Shown here in pieces: positions 28,284 through 37,187 of a stretch of 64,000 nt of DNA (positions are counted from its first letter, which is position 1; every line of letters starts with the position of its first letter). The stretch is from an uncultured Gemmatimonadales bacterium (GTDB lineage Bacteria; Gemmatimonadota; Gemmatimonadetes; Longimicrobiales; Longimicrobiaceae). Where the stretch lies: contig OY970303.1 in assembly GCA_963716255.1 (NCBI GenBank), positions 416,001 to 480,000 on the forward strand, given 5' to 3'. The translations under genes and the position numbers were made by a program. The notes below the pieces were generated by a model, which was given only the letters and a program-made list of their open reading frames with translations, had not been told where the DNA came from and searched no databases.

Positions 28284-29531
28284 TTGAACGCGTACAGCCT
28301 ACTCCTGCTCCTGGGCGCCGCCAACGGCTTCATCCTGGCCGCGCTCCTCCGGCTCGCGCGCGCCAACCGCCGCGCGAACCGCCTGCTCGCGGCGCTGGTC
28401 GCCCTGGTCTCGCTGCGTCTCCTCCCGTACGTGCTCGGCTACGCGGGCGCCTACGACGCGCACCGCTGGCTGACCTTCGCCCCCTTCGACCTTTCGCTCG
28501 CCTTCGGACCCCTCCTGTGGGGGTACGTGGCCGCGCTCACCACCGGCGAGCGGCCGCGGCGCTGGGGGTGGCACCTGGCCCCCGCCGCCGCGCAGCTCGC
28601 CTACTCGCTGGCGTGCTTCGCCCTGGCGCCGGAGGCCAAGTGGCGGTGGTACACCGGGCCCCACCTGCACGCCGTCGCGCCGGCGGAGCTCGCGGCGGCG
28701 CTGCTGTCGCTGGCGGCGTACCTGCGCGCGGCGTGGCGCCGCTACGCCGCCTACCAGGAGTGGCTGGCCGCCAACCTGAGCAACCGCGAGGAGCTGCGCC
28801 TGGGGTGGCTCCGGGGGGTGCTCCTGGCGTTCGGCGCCACGCTGTGCGTGGGCGCCGGGTTCGCCCTGACCTCCTGGCTGGTCACCCCGCTCGACTACTT
28901 CGACCGCTTCCCGCAGATGGTCTGGCTGGCCGGGCTGGTCTACTTCCTGGGGCTGGTGGGATGGCGGCACGGCGAGCGCGCCTACCCCCATCCCGCCCCG
29001 GACGAGGCCGTCCCCGCCGCGACCGCCGCCGACCCGGAGCCGCCTCCGGCCCGGAGCCCGGACGACGCCCCGCCGCCGGCCGTCCGCTCCGGGGCGACGG
29101 CGGAGGCCGCGGCGGACGCCGCCGGTGCGACGGCGGCGCTCGCCGCGCGGTGGGCGGCGCGGGTGGCGGAGGCCGGCTGGTGGCGCGACGAGGAGCTCAC
29201 GCTCGCGGCGCTCGCGCGGCACCTGGGCACCTCGCCGCGCTCCCTGTCGCGCGCGCTGAACGAGGGGCTGGGGCAGAGCTTCAACGAGTTCGTCAACCGC
29301 ATGCGGGTGGACGCGGTCGCCGCCGAGCTGCGCGACCCGGCGCGCCGGCGCGACCTGCTCGCCGTCGCGCTGGACGCGGGCTTCAGCTCCAAGGCCAGCT
29401 TCAACCGCGCGTTCCGGGCGTACACCGGCACCACCCCGTCCGAATTCCGCCGCCGCGCGGAGGCGGAACGTCTCAATGCGCGCCAGTGTGCGCTCCCCGC
29501 GGAAAGTGCGACGCGGGGCGGCGACGGCTGA
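28284..29531 (+). CDS. AraC-family regulator with N-terminal multi-TM sensor domain
   Basis: About seven hydrophobic helices, then LTLAALARHLG...SFNEFVNRMRV...ALDAGFSSKASFNRAFRAYTGTTPSEFR. Confidence 0.92.
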   Translation: MNAYSLLLLLGAANGFILAALLRLARANRRANRLLAALVALVSLRLLPYVLGYAGAYDAHRWLTFAPFDLSLAFGPLLWGYVAALTTGERPRRWGWHLAPAAAQLAYSLACFALAPEAKWRWYTGPHLHAVAPAELAAALLSLAAYLRAAWRRYAAYQEWLAANLSNREELRLGWLRGVLLAFGATLCVGAGFALTSWLVTPLDYFDRFPQMVWLAGLVYFLGLVGWRHGERAYPHPAPDEAVPAATAADPEPPPARSPDDAPPPAVRSGATAEAAADAAGATAALAARWAARVAEAGWWRDEELTLAALARHLGTSPRSLSRALNEGLGQSFNEFVNRMRVDAVAAELRDPARRRDLLAVALDAGFSSKASFNRAFRAYTGTTPSEFRRRAEAERLNARQCALPAESATRGGDG

Positions 29532-29571
29532 GCTACCTTGCGGGCGTACCCCGAACCCGAGGACCGCGCTC

Positions 29572-31107
29572 ATGCACCTGCCGCCCATCCCTCCCCCGCC
29601 CTCCCGTCCAGCTCGCTCGGTCCGCGCCGCCACGCTGGCGCTCGCCCTGGCGGCGTGCGGCGCCGGGGCGGGCCCGCTGCGCGCCCAGTCGCCCCCGGCG
29701 CGCATCCCGGCCGCGGAGCTGCTGGAGGACTTCGCTTTGCTCCGCGACGCGTACGAGACGCTGCACCCCGGCCTGTACCGCTACGCCGACAGCGCACAGG
29801 TGGCCGCGAACTTCGGCGCGCTCCGGGAGGAGCTGAGCCGCGACCGCACGCTGGCGGAAGCGTACCTCGCCATCTCCGTCTTCCTGGCGAGCGTCCGCTG
29901 CGGCCACAGCTACGCCAACTTCTTCAACCAGCCGGACGCCGTGGCGGGGGCGCTGCTGCAGCGCGACCGGCTTCCCTTCCTGTTCCGCTGGATCGGCGGC
30001 CGCATGGTCGTCACCCGCAACCTGTCCGCGGAGCCGCGCCTCGCCCCGGGGACGGAGGTGCGCCGCATCAACGGCGTTCCCGCCGCCGACGTCCTCCGCG
30101 GCCTGCTCACGGTGGCGAGGGCGGACGGCTCCAACGACGCCAAGCGCGTCGCGGGGATGGAACTGCGGGGCGACAGCCGCTACGAGGCGTTCGACGTCTT
30201 CTTCCCCCTCCTCTTCCCGCCCCCGGACGGGCCGTGGAGCTTCGAGGTGGCCGGGCCCCTGGGCGCCCCCGCCGCCACGGTCCGCGCCCGCCCCCTCGCC
30301 TACGCAGAGCGGCTGGCCGCGACCGGGCGCGCCGCCGCGGACCGGCCCGCGGACGACCCGGGCTGGGAGTTCCGCTTCCTGGACGACGGGACCGGCTACC
30401 TGCGCATGCCCACCTGGGCGCTGTACAATTCCCGCTGGGACTGGAAGGCGTACCTGGACAACGTGTTCGCCCGGCTCGACGAGCGGGGCGCGGGGGCGCT
30501 GGTGATCGACCTGCGCGGCAACGAGGGGGGAACCGGGGTGGGGGACGAGATCCTGTCCCGGCTGGTGACGCGCGACCTCCGCCTGGACGGGTTCCGCCGC
30601 CGGGTCCGCGGCCGCAGCGTCCCCGAGCGCCTGCGGCCGCACCTGGACACCTGGGACCGCTCCTTCCTGGACTGGGGCGACCAGGCCGTGCCCGCCGAGG
30701 GCGGCTTCTACACCCTGACGCGATACGACGACGAGCCCGGGAGCAGCGTCGTGCGGGCCGCCGCCCGCCCCTTCCGCGGGCGCACCTACGTGCTGGTGGA
30801 CGCCTCCAACAGCTCCGCGACCTTCGAGTTCGCCCTGGCCGCGCGACAGAACCGCCTGGCGACGCTGGTGGGGCAGCCCACCGGCGGCAACCAGCGCGGC
30901 ATCAACGGCGGCGCGTTCTTCTTCCTGCGCCTCCCCCGCAGCGGCATCGAGGTGGACGTACCGCTCATCGGCTACTTCCCGCCGGGCGAGCGGCCCGACG
31001 CCGGCATCGTCCCGGACGTGCTCGTGGAGCCCAGCGCCGACGACGTGGCCCGCGGCGTGGACACGGAGCTGCGCGCCGTGCTGGATCTCCTTCGCCGGAC
31101 GCCCTGA
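29572..31107 (+). CDS. S41 family peptidase, secreted
   Basis: LHPGLYRY, LVIDLRGNEGG, NSSATFEFA, LVGQPTGG, GIVPDV. Confidence 0.9.
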   Translation: MHLPPIPPPPSRPARSVRAATLALALAACGAGAGPLRAQSPPARIPAAELLEDFALLRDAYETLHPGLYRYADSAQVAANFGALREELSRDRTLAEAYLAISVFLASVRCGHSYANFFNQPDAVAGALLQRDRLPFLFRWIGGRMVVTRNLSAEPRLAPGTEVRRINGVPAADVLRGLLTVARADGSNDAKRVAGMELRGDSRYEAFDVFFPLLFPPPDGPWSFEVAGPLGAPAATVRARPLAYAERLAATGRAAADRPADDPGWEFRFLDDGTGYLRMPTWALYNSRWDWKAYLDNVFARLDERGAGALVIDLRGNEGGTGVGDEILSRLVTRDLRLDGFRRRVRGRSVPERLRPHLDTWDRSFLDWGDQAVPAEGGFYTLTRYDDEPGSSVVRAAARPFRGRTYVLVDASNSSATFEFALAARQNRLATLVGQPTGGNQRGINGGAFFFLRLPRSGIEVDVPLIGYFPPGERPDAGIVPDVLVEPSADDVARGVDTELRAVLDLLRRTP

Positions 31108-31132
31108 CCCGGAGATCGGGGTGAAAGACCGC

Positions 31133-31264
31133 GGTCCGGGCGTGCCCCCGCTGGCGCGGGGTCGGGCTGCGGCTCCGTAGCAGACGAAACGACCGTCTGC
31201 AACGGAGGCGAGCCCCGGCAAACTGCCGCCGGGTCTCGCCGCTTCGCGCTCGCATCCCTCACGC
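31133..31264 (-). repeat. Structured ~135-nt repeat, copy 7 (most divergent)
   Basis: rc gcgtgagggatgcgagcgcgaagcggcgagacccggcggcagtttgccggggctcgcctccgttgcagacg...cgtctgctacggagccgcagcccgaccccgcgccagcgggggcacgccc. Confidence 0.9.
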
Positions 31265-31294
31265 GGGTTTGGCGCTGGCGCCCGCGCGGGTGGC

Positions 31295-31345
31295 CCCCCT
31301 CACCCCCCGGCCCCCTCTCCCCCGCAAGCGGGGGAAAGGGGGAGT
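31295..31345. repeat. Palindromic REP-like unit attached to repeat copy 7
   Basis: ccccctcaccccccggccccctctcccccgcaagcgggggaaagggggag is near-identical to the reverse complement of 16490-16540. Confidence 0.8.
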
Positions 31346-31589
31346 ACCGCACGGCACCTTTGCCTTGGACGCCTTGCGGACGCCTCGAGGAGCCTTGGTC
31401 TACACGGATCTCGTTTGACCCGGCGCGTGCGCTGCCCGCTCGTCGTCCGGGATCGGGCGAAGCCGACCGTCTTGCAGGCGAGCGCCTCCACGACACACAT
31501 TGCAAAAGGGCCCGACGCGGGCGGTGCGGACCCGGATCCTCGGCGCAGGCGCCGGGCCGCCGCGTACATCTCACACGCCTGCCACTCCC

Positions 31590-32072
31590 ATGCGATCGAC
31601 TCCGTTCCTCCTGTGCCTGGCGACCGGCTGCGCCGCCCTGTCCCGCTCCGCTCCCGTGCCGCCGGAGGTGACCGAGCTGGCGGGGTGCTACGCCATGGAG
31701 TACGGCGCCTGGGGGCCCGAGATCCACGACATAATTCCGTACTCGGCGCCGAAACTTGCCGCGGCTATCCGCCTGCGCACCGCAGCGTGGAGGGATCGGA
31801 TCGATCGGAAAAGGCGATTGTACCACCTCGACGTACTCCCCGCCGCGCCGACCGGCCCCTACCCGTTCCAGGTGTGGAGTCTCGTCGGCAGGGACTCGGT
31901 CTGGGTGGGAATGCCGGTTTCGCTTTTCGGGGCTATCGAGCTGCACCTCCGGCGGGAGGACGCCGATCTGCGCGGAGAGGTCGAGGCCTCCACCGACTAC
32001 GTCAACCCTCCGGCGCCATACTCGACGCGCACAGGGGCCACCGCCCGCCGCATCCCCTGCCCCGCTTCGTAG
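31590..32072 (+). CDS. Hypothetical lipoprotein
   Basis: MRSTPFLLCLATGC lipobox-like signal. Confidence 0.6.
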   Translation: MRSTPFLLCLATGCAALSRSAPVPPEVTELAGCYAMEYGAWGPEIHDIIPYSAPKLAAAIRLRTAAWRDRIDRKRRLYHLDVLPAAPTGPYPFQVWSLVGRDSVWVGMPVSLFGAIELHLRREDADLRGEVEASTDYVNPPAPYSTRTGATARRIPCPAS

Positions 32073-32119
32073 CGCGCGCACCCAACCTGAGCCGGCCCCG
32101 GACGGCTGGAGCCCGACGC

Positions 32120-32162
32120 AGCGAACCGCCCCGGACCTCGACGAGGTCCGGGGCGGTTCGCT
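32120..32162. terminator. Perfect 20-bp hairpin between convergent genes (likely bidirectional terminator)
   Basis: agcgaaccgccccggacctc-gac-gaggtccggggcggttcgct. Confidence 0.7.
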
Positions 32163-32194
32163 TCACCTGCGGCCGCGTGGCTCGGATGAGCCTC

Positions 32195-32328
32195 GCGTGA
32201 GGGATTTCGGCCCGAAGGGGCGAGACCGCGCGGCTGTTTGCGCGGGCTCGACTCCGTTACGCAGCGTTGTTTGCTGCGTTACGGAGCCGAAGCCCGACCC
32301 CGGCGCCAGCCGGGGGCACGCCCAAACC
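32195..32328 (+). repeat. Structured ~135-nt intergenic repeat, copy 8
   Basis: Stems cgcgc/gcgcg and acgcagc/gctgcgt. Confidence 0.95.
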
Positions 32329-32355
32329 GTCGGTCACCAGCAGTCGAAACCGTCC

Positions 32356-34251
32356 TCAGGCCACCGTCTTCGCCCAGTCCAGCCACTCCTGCTGCCGCTC
32401 GCGCGACACCCCCCACCGGCTCCCATCCACCCCGAACCAGTACTGGCGGATCTCCTCCGGCGCACTCGCCCGGCGCATCACCTCGTCGGGCTCCATCCGG
32501 AACAGCTCCATGATGGTGCGGATCATGGCGAGATCGCTCGCGGAGTGGCGAGGCGTGGCACCTTCCGGCCTGTGCGCCCGCGCGACGACGGCACGGCGCG
32601 GCACGTACACCCACTCCTCGGTGAACACCGGCGTCTCGTCCACCTCGGGATAGGTGAGCACCGTCTTCACCACCTCCTCGAAGTGGTCCATGCGGTGCTT
32701 GAAGCTCTGCTCCATCCCGTACATGCCCAGCAGGTAGTGAAGCGCCAGGTCCTTCGCCTTCACCTCCACGCCGTCGCAGGCGAAGAAGAAGGGATCCTGC
32801 GTCTCGTGGAGCTCCAGGTCCTGGAATCCCGCCGAGAAGAGCATCACCGCCATCTGCACCGGCCCGATGTGCGGGATGTCGTGCCCCGTCTTGCTGTGCT
32901 TGTCCACCACGTGGTGGAACCACTGCCCCGCCGGCCCCTCGTCGAAGAAGTCGTGCACCACGACCACCGCCCCCGGCTTCATCACCAGGCGCGCCTCGCG
33001 CGTGGCGTCGAACATGTCGGGGATGTGGTGCGTGCCGTAGGCGAAGAGCACCCCGTCCAGCGAGTCCGCCAGGAAGGTGCGCGACAGCTGCGTGGCGTCC
33101 TCGCGCGAGGGGAGCCCCCACAGCCCCGCCCGGTAGAACATGTGCGGGGAGATGTCGTTGGTCACGATCAGCGCCCCGCCCTGCTGGTCCCGCCCGGCCG
33201 CCACGAACGCCGCGGCGCGGTCCGCCAGCGGCTCGGCGCCCGGCACCTCGGCGAGCCACGCCGCCTCGCCCGCGCTCACCAGGCCCCGCAGCTCCGCGCC
33301 GGAGATGGAGATCTCCTCCGAGACCGCCGGCTCGCCGGCATGCGCGGCCAGCAGGCGCGCCGTGTAGCGGGTCTCGCCCTGCACCGCCCCGTCCGCGGCG
33401 GCATCCTCCGCCCGGCGCACCAGCAGCACCGCGACGTGCGGGTCCACGGCCGCGAGGCGCTCCAGCAGCCCGCGCGCGGCGGCGGGAAGCTCGGCTCCGT
33501 CCGCGGGGAAGAGGCCGGCGTCCTCCACGATCACCAGGCGCGTGTCGGCCACGCCCTTTTCCGCCTCCAGCAGGCGCCACACGTACCCGTCGCCCCCCAG
33601 CACGTCCAGGAAGATCCCCGGCTCGCCCTCGCGGGCGCCCAGGAGGTCCAGGAGCATGCGGGCGCCCATCCAGCGGCTGGCCTGGAAGCTCGCCATGCCG
33701 CGGGTGTATTCCGCGCCGCGCCCGCGCAGGTCGAAGTCGCCGCCCATGATGTCGCGCCAGATGGGCGCGTACTCGTTCTCCTGGCGGATCACCCCGGCCG
33801 CCGCGGACCAGCGCGGGTGCGCGGCCATGCGCGCCTTCCACTCCGCCTCCAGGTCGCGGAGCCCCTTGTCCTCCAGCATCTCCAGCTCGTCCGCGCTCCA
33901 CAGCGGCGAGAAGGAGACGCGGGCGCGCTCCCGCAGCGCCTCGAAGGCAGCGGGCGGGAGGTGGTCGCGCAGGAGGCGCCACACGCCCGCCTCGGACGCC
34001 CCGCCCACGATGACGCGGTTCAGTGCCTCCGAGTGGCCGTGCAGGTAGGCGCGCTCCTCGCGCTCCACGCCGGGAAGGGCGGTGATGGGCAGCCCCAGGC
34101 CGTCGCGGATCCGCCTGGCCTCGCGCGAGAGCGGCAGGGGAGCGGCGGCGCCCGGCGCGCCGTGGCGCGCCCCGGCACCTTCCGCGGGCGCCGCGGGAGA
34201 GGCCTGCGCCCTCCCGGCCGCCAGCCCGCTCGCCCTCTGGTCGATCGCCAT
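32356..34251 (-). CDS. Class I SAM-dependent methyltransferase with large insertion (BGC tailoring)
   Basis: IFLDVLGGDG (motif I), IVTNDISPHM, DSLDGVLFAYGTHHIPD, LVMKPGAVVVVHD; RBS aggagga. Confidence 0.8.
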   Translation of the reverse strand: MAIDQRASGLAAGRAQASPAAPAEGAGARHGAPGAAAPLPLSREARRIRDGLGLPITALPGVEREERAYLHGHSEALNRVIVGGASEAGVWRLLRDHLPPAAFEALRERARVSFSPLWSADELEMLEDKGLRDLEAEWKARMAAHPRWSAAAGVIRQENEYAPIWRDIMGGDFDLRGRGAEYTRGMASFQASRWMGARMLLDLLGAREGEPGIFLDVLGGDGYVWRLLEAEKGVADTRLVIVEDAGLFPADGAELPAAARGLLERLAAVDPHVAVLLVRRAEDAAADGAVQGETRYTARLLAAHAGEPAVSEEISISGAELRGLVSAGEAAWLAEVPGAEPLADRAAAFVAAGRDQQGGALIVTNDISPHMFYRAGLWGLPSREDATQLSRTFLADSLDGVLFAYGTHHIPDMFDATREARLVMKPGAVVVVHDFFDEGPAGQWFHHVVDKHSKTGHDIPHIGPVQMAVMLFSAGFQDLELHETQDPFFFACDGVEVKAKDLALHYLLGMYGMEQSFKHRMDHFEEVVKTVLTYPEVDETPVFTEEWVYVPRRAVVARAHRPEGATPRHSASDLAMIRTIMELFRMEPDEVMRRASAPEEIRQYWFGVDGSRWGVSRERQQEWLDWAKTVA

Positions 34252-34309
34252 ACGTCTTCCTCCTTGATCACGGTCGGATGCCGCCGCAGGCGGCACGATA
34301 CGGGGACGG

Positions 34310-36010
34310 CTATGCTTCCTGCGCCTGCGCCGAGGCGAGGGGCAGGGGCACGCCGACCGGGCGGTACTGGAAGGACTCGGGGCTGCCGTCGTACTCGATC
34401 TGCCCGGAGTCCAGCTTGATGATGCGGTCCGCGACGCCGTAGTAGTGGTCGTCGTGGCTGATGACCACGCACGTCTTGCCGCGGGCCTTGAGCTCGGGGA
34501 GGAGCTGGAGGTAGAAGACCTCCTTGAAGAGCGGGTCCTGGTCCGCCGCCCACTCGTCGAACAGGTAGATGGGGCGGTCCTCCAGGTACGCGACCAGGAG
34601 CGCGAGGCGCTTGCGCTGGCCCTGCGAAAGAGCGGTGGTGGACAGCTTGCCGCCCTCCACCCGGACCTTGTGCGCCAGGTGGAGCTCCGACAGGAAGCGC
34701 GTCGCCAGCGCGTCCATCTCCGGCGACTCCATGCCCAGCAGCGAGTCGAACAGGTAGAAGTCCGAGAACACCACCGCGAACTGGTGCAGGTAGTCCGCGC
34801 GGTTGGCGTCGGTGACCGGGCGCCCGTCGAAGCGCAGCTCCCCCGACTCGGGGACGTAGAGCCCCAGGATCAGCTTGGCGAGCGTGGTCTTGCCGCTGCC
34901 GTTGCCGCCCACCATGAACACCGTCTCCCCCCGGGAGATCGTCATGTCGATGGGGCCCAGCGTGAACGGCTCCTCCTCGCCGTCGCGGTGGTAGGCGTGC
35001 GTGACGCCGGCCATCTCCAGGCTGCTCCACTCCGCGCGCTGCTCCGGCACCGGGGCGCCGGGGAGGCGCGGCACGGGCCCGCGGGCGTCGTCCAGCGACA
35101 GCCCCAGGTCGTCGATCTTGCGCAGGGAGACCTGCGCGCGCGACATCTCGGGGATGACGCCCAGCATGACCTCCAGCGGAGTCATCATGTACAGCAGGAC
35201 CAGCGCGTACCCGGTCATCGTCTCCAGCCCCACCACCTCGAAGGAGGGGACCAGGAAGATGATGGAGCCGATCATCATGAAGATCACCAGCTGCCCCCAC
35301 CCGGCCGCGGCGCTGTAGATGGTGGACGCCGTCACCGTGAGGCGCTTGAGCACCACGCCCGTGGCGTCCAGGCCGTAGATCAGCCCGTCCTGACGCGGGA
35401 AGTGCAGCTTCAGTTCCTTGTACCCGTTGGTGATCGCCCGGAAGTGGGCGAACAGCGTGTCGGACTCCTCGCGCGCCTTACGCTGGTACGACTGGGCCCG
35501 CAACATGGGGATCTGGTAGGTGACCACCCCCACCAACATGAAGCACAGCACGATGATCAGCACCTTCCAGGAGAGCCACCCCAGGTAGAGGAGCGACCCC
35601 GTCACCATCGCTCCGTGCACGAACAGCTGCGGGAGCGAGGTCATGGTCATGACGATGACGTTCACGTCCTGGGTGAGCGCCGCCAGCAGCCGGTGCGACC
35701 CGATCTCCTCCAGCCTCTGGAGCGGCGCGGCCAGGATGCGCCGGCTGAGCTGCGTGCGCAGCTCCAGGATCGTGTTCTGCCCCAGGGTGGTGATGATGAA
35801 CGTGGAGAAGCCGCGCGCGAACGGGAGGATGAGGCAGAGTGCCAGGAACTGAAGCACCAGGGTCCGGTGCGTCCAGGGCTGCGCGGTGTGGATGGCCCGG
35901 TTCATCAGGGCGAGGAGCCCCGCGTTGCTCGCTCCGCTCACCACGCCCGCAGCGATGGACAGCACCACCAGGAGGGGCGATCTGCGGAGGAGCACGAAGA
36001 GAAGCTTCAT
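34310..36010 (-). CDS. Cyclic peptide export ABC transporter (SyrD/PvdE/YojI family)
   Basis: GYKELKL, FTLGPIDM, GGNGSGKTT, FSDFYLFD, LSQGQRKRLAL, FDEWAADQDP. Confidence 0.95.
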   Translation of the reverse strand: MKLLFVLLRRSPLLVVLSIAAGVVSGASNAGLLALMNRAIHTAQPWTHRTLVLQFLALCLILPFARGFSTFIITTLGQNTILELRTQLSRRILAAPLQRLEEIGSHRLLAALTQDVNVIVMTMTSLPQLFVHGAMVTGSLLYLGWLSWKVLIIVLCFMLVGVVTYQIPMLRAQSYQRKAREESDTLFAHFRAITNGYKELKLHFPRQDGLIYGLDATGVVLKRLTVTASTIYSAAAGWGQLVIFMMIGSIIFLVPSFEVVGLETMTGYALVLLYMMTPLEVMLGVIPEMSRAQVSLRKIDDLGLSLDDARGPVPRLPGAPVPEQRAEWSSLEMAGVTHAYHRDGEEEPFTLGPIDMTISRGETVFMVGGNGSGKTTLAKLILGLYVPESGELRFDGRPVTDANRADYLHQFAVVFSDFYLFDSLLGMESPEMDALATRFLSELHLAHKVRVEGGKLSTTALSQGQRKRLALLVAYLEDRPIYLFDEWAADQDPLFKEVFYLQLLPELKARGKTCVVISHDDHYYGVADRIIKLDSGQIEYDGSPESFQYRPVGVPLPLASAQAQEA

Positions 36011-36077
36011 GGCGTTCGGTCTGGGTGCGGTGGGGAAGCAAGGCTGGTGGAGGGGACCGTCCCCCCCGCCCCGTCCG

Positions 36078-37112
36078 TCAGTGGATCACGCGCGAGTCCG
36101 GCGACAGCCTGCCGTCGCGCGACTTGCGCAGGTCGCGGGTGACGTTCACCCGCTTCAGCCACCGGTCCGTGCCGTCGTAGTGGGCCTTGAACGGCTTGCG
36201 GCCGTGCACGGCCTTGAAGTTGTCCACGAAGATGAAGTCGCCCGGGGACAGGGCATGGTCCTCGATCACCTCGTCCACCTGGCGGATCAGCTCGTCCAGG
36301 GCGGCCTGGGCCTCGTCGTTGTCGCGGACCGGGTCCATGAAGTACGGGTCCAGCCGGATGTAGGGCGACTCGGTGCCGCCCGAGAACACCGGGATCTTCT
36401 CCGGGGTGTCCCACATCTCGTCGATCTTGGCGTAGGCGCGCTGGAGGAGCGCCTCCTCCTCGGGCGAGCGGCCGTTCTTCTGGCCCCGGTTCTTGGCCAG
36501 GTGCGACTCGTCGGGACGGATGGTGAAGTGCGGCTCGCTCAGGAGGCGCGCATGGTCCGGGGTGAGGTTCACCCGCTCCAGCGAGGCGAAGGTGGTGGGG
36601 ACGCCGTCCGGGTTGCGGAGGCACATCAGCCCCAGGTAGTCGCCGCGGTACGGGTGGAAGGCGTCCTCCGTGTGCCAGGTGAGCGTTTCCTCGCTCCCGC
36701 TCCCCAGCTGCTCGTGCTCGTGCCCCTGGATGGGGAAGATGTCGTGGACGATGCGCCCGTCCTGCTGGGTGGACCAGCCGATGACGTCGCCCAGCAGCGA
36801 GGCGAAGAGGACCAGGAGGATCTCCTCCTCCAGCGTGTCGTTGGAGGGGTCCTTGTCGCGCCAGTGCCGCGGCGTGCGGCCGATCCTGCCCTGGTCCACC
36901 GGGTAGCCGGAGACGGTCAGGAGCGCGTCCTTGGGCTCGGTGAGCCGGAACTCGCGGAAGGCGGCGCGTACGCGCCGCGGCAGCTCGTGCGCGTAGACGT
37001 CCGCTTCCTTCAGGAACTGTGGATCTTCCGGCGTCTGGTAGCGCGAAGCGAGCTCCCGGAGCACACTCCGGATCGAAGCGACCTCGTCGCCGGTCAGCAC
37101 GACCCTGGGCAT
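36078..37112 (-). CDS. Fe(II)/2-oxoglutarate dioxygenase, VioC/MppO-like (arginine-type beta-hydroxylase)
   Basis: QQDGRIVHDIFP, WHTEDAFHPYRGDYLGLMCLRNPD (HxE), DNFKAVHGRKPF, DRWLKRV. Confidence 0.88.
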   Translation of the reverse strand: MPRVVLTGDEVASIRSVLRELASRYQTPEDPQFLKEADVYAHELPRRVRAAFREFRLTEPKDALLTVSGYPVDQGRIGRTPRHWRDKDPSNDTLEEEILLVLFASLLGDVIGWSTQQDGRIVHDIFPIQGHEHEQLGSGSEETLTWHTEDAFHPYRGDYLGLMCLRNPDGVPTTFASLERVNLTPDHARLLSEPHFTIRPDESHLAKNRGQKNGRSPEEEALLQRAYAKIDEMWDTPEKIPVFSGGTESPYIRLDPYFMDPVRDNDEAQAALDELIRQVDEVIEDHALSPGDFIFVDNFKAVHGRKPFKAHYDGTDRWLKRVNVTRDLRKSRDGRLSPDSRVIH

Positions 37113-37187
37113 GGACAACCTCTCTTTGAGTCTGGATGTTGTGCGGCCGGGCGGGTCGAATCGGCCCGGTCCGGCCGCGTACGCGAA

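Noticed and set aside
27571..28287. ORF starting within the MITE as a transposase
   Set aside because: No transposase motifs; it crosses the element boundary and the peptide gene.
1244..32328. Repeats as a CRISPR array
   Set aside because: Copies are dispersed, ~135 nt, in both orientations, with no spacers and no cas genes.
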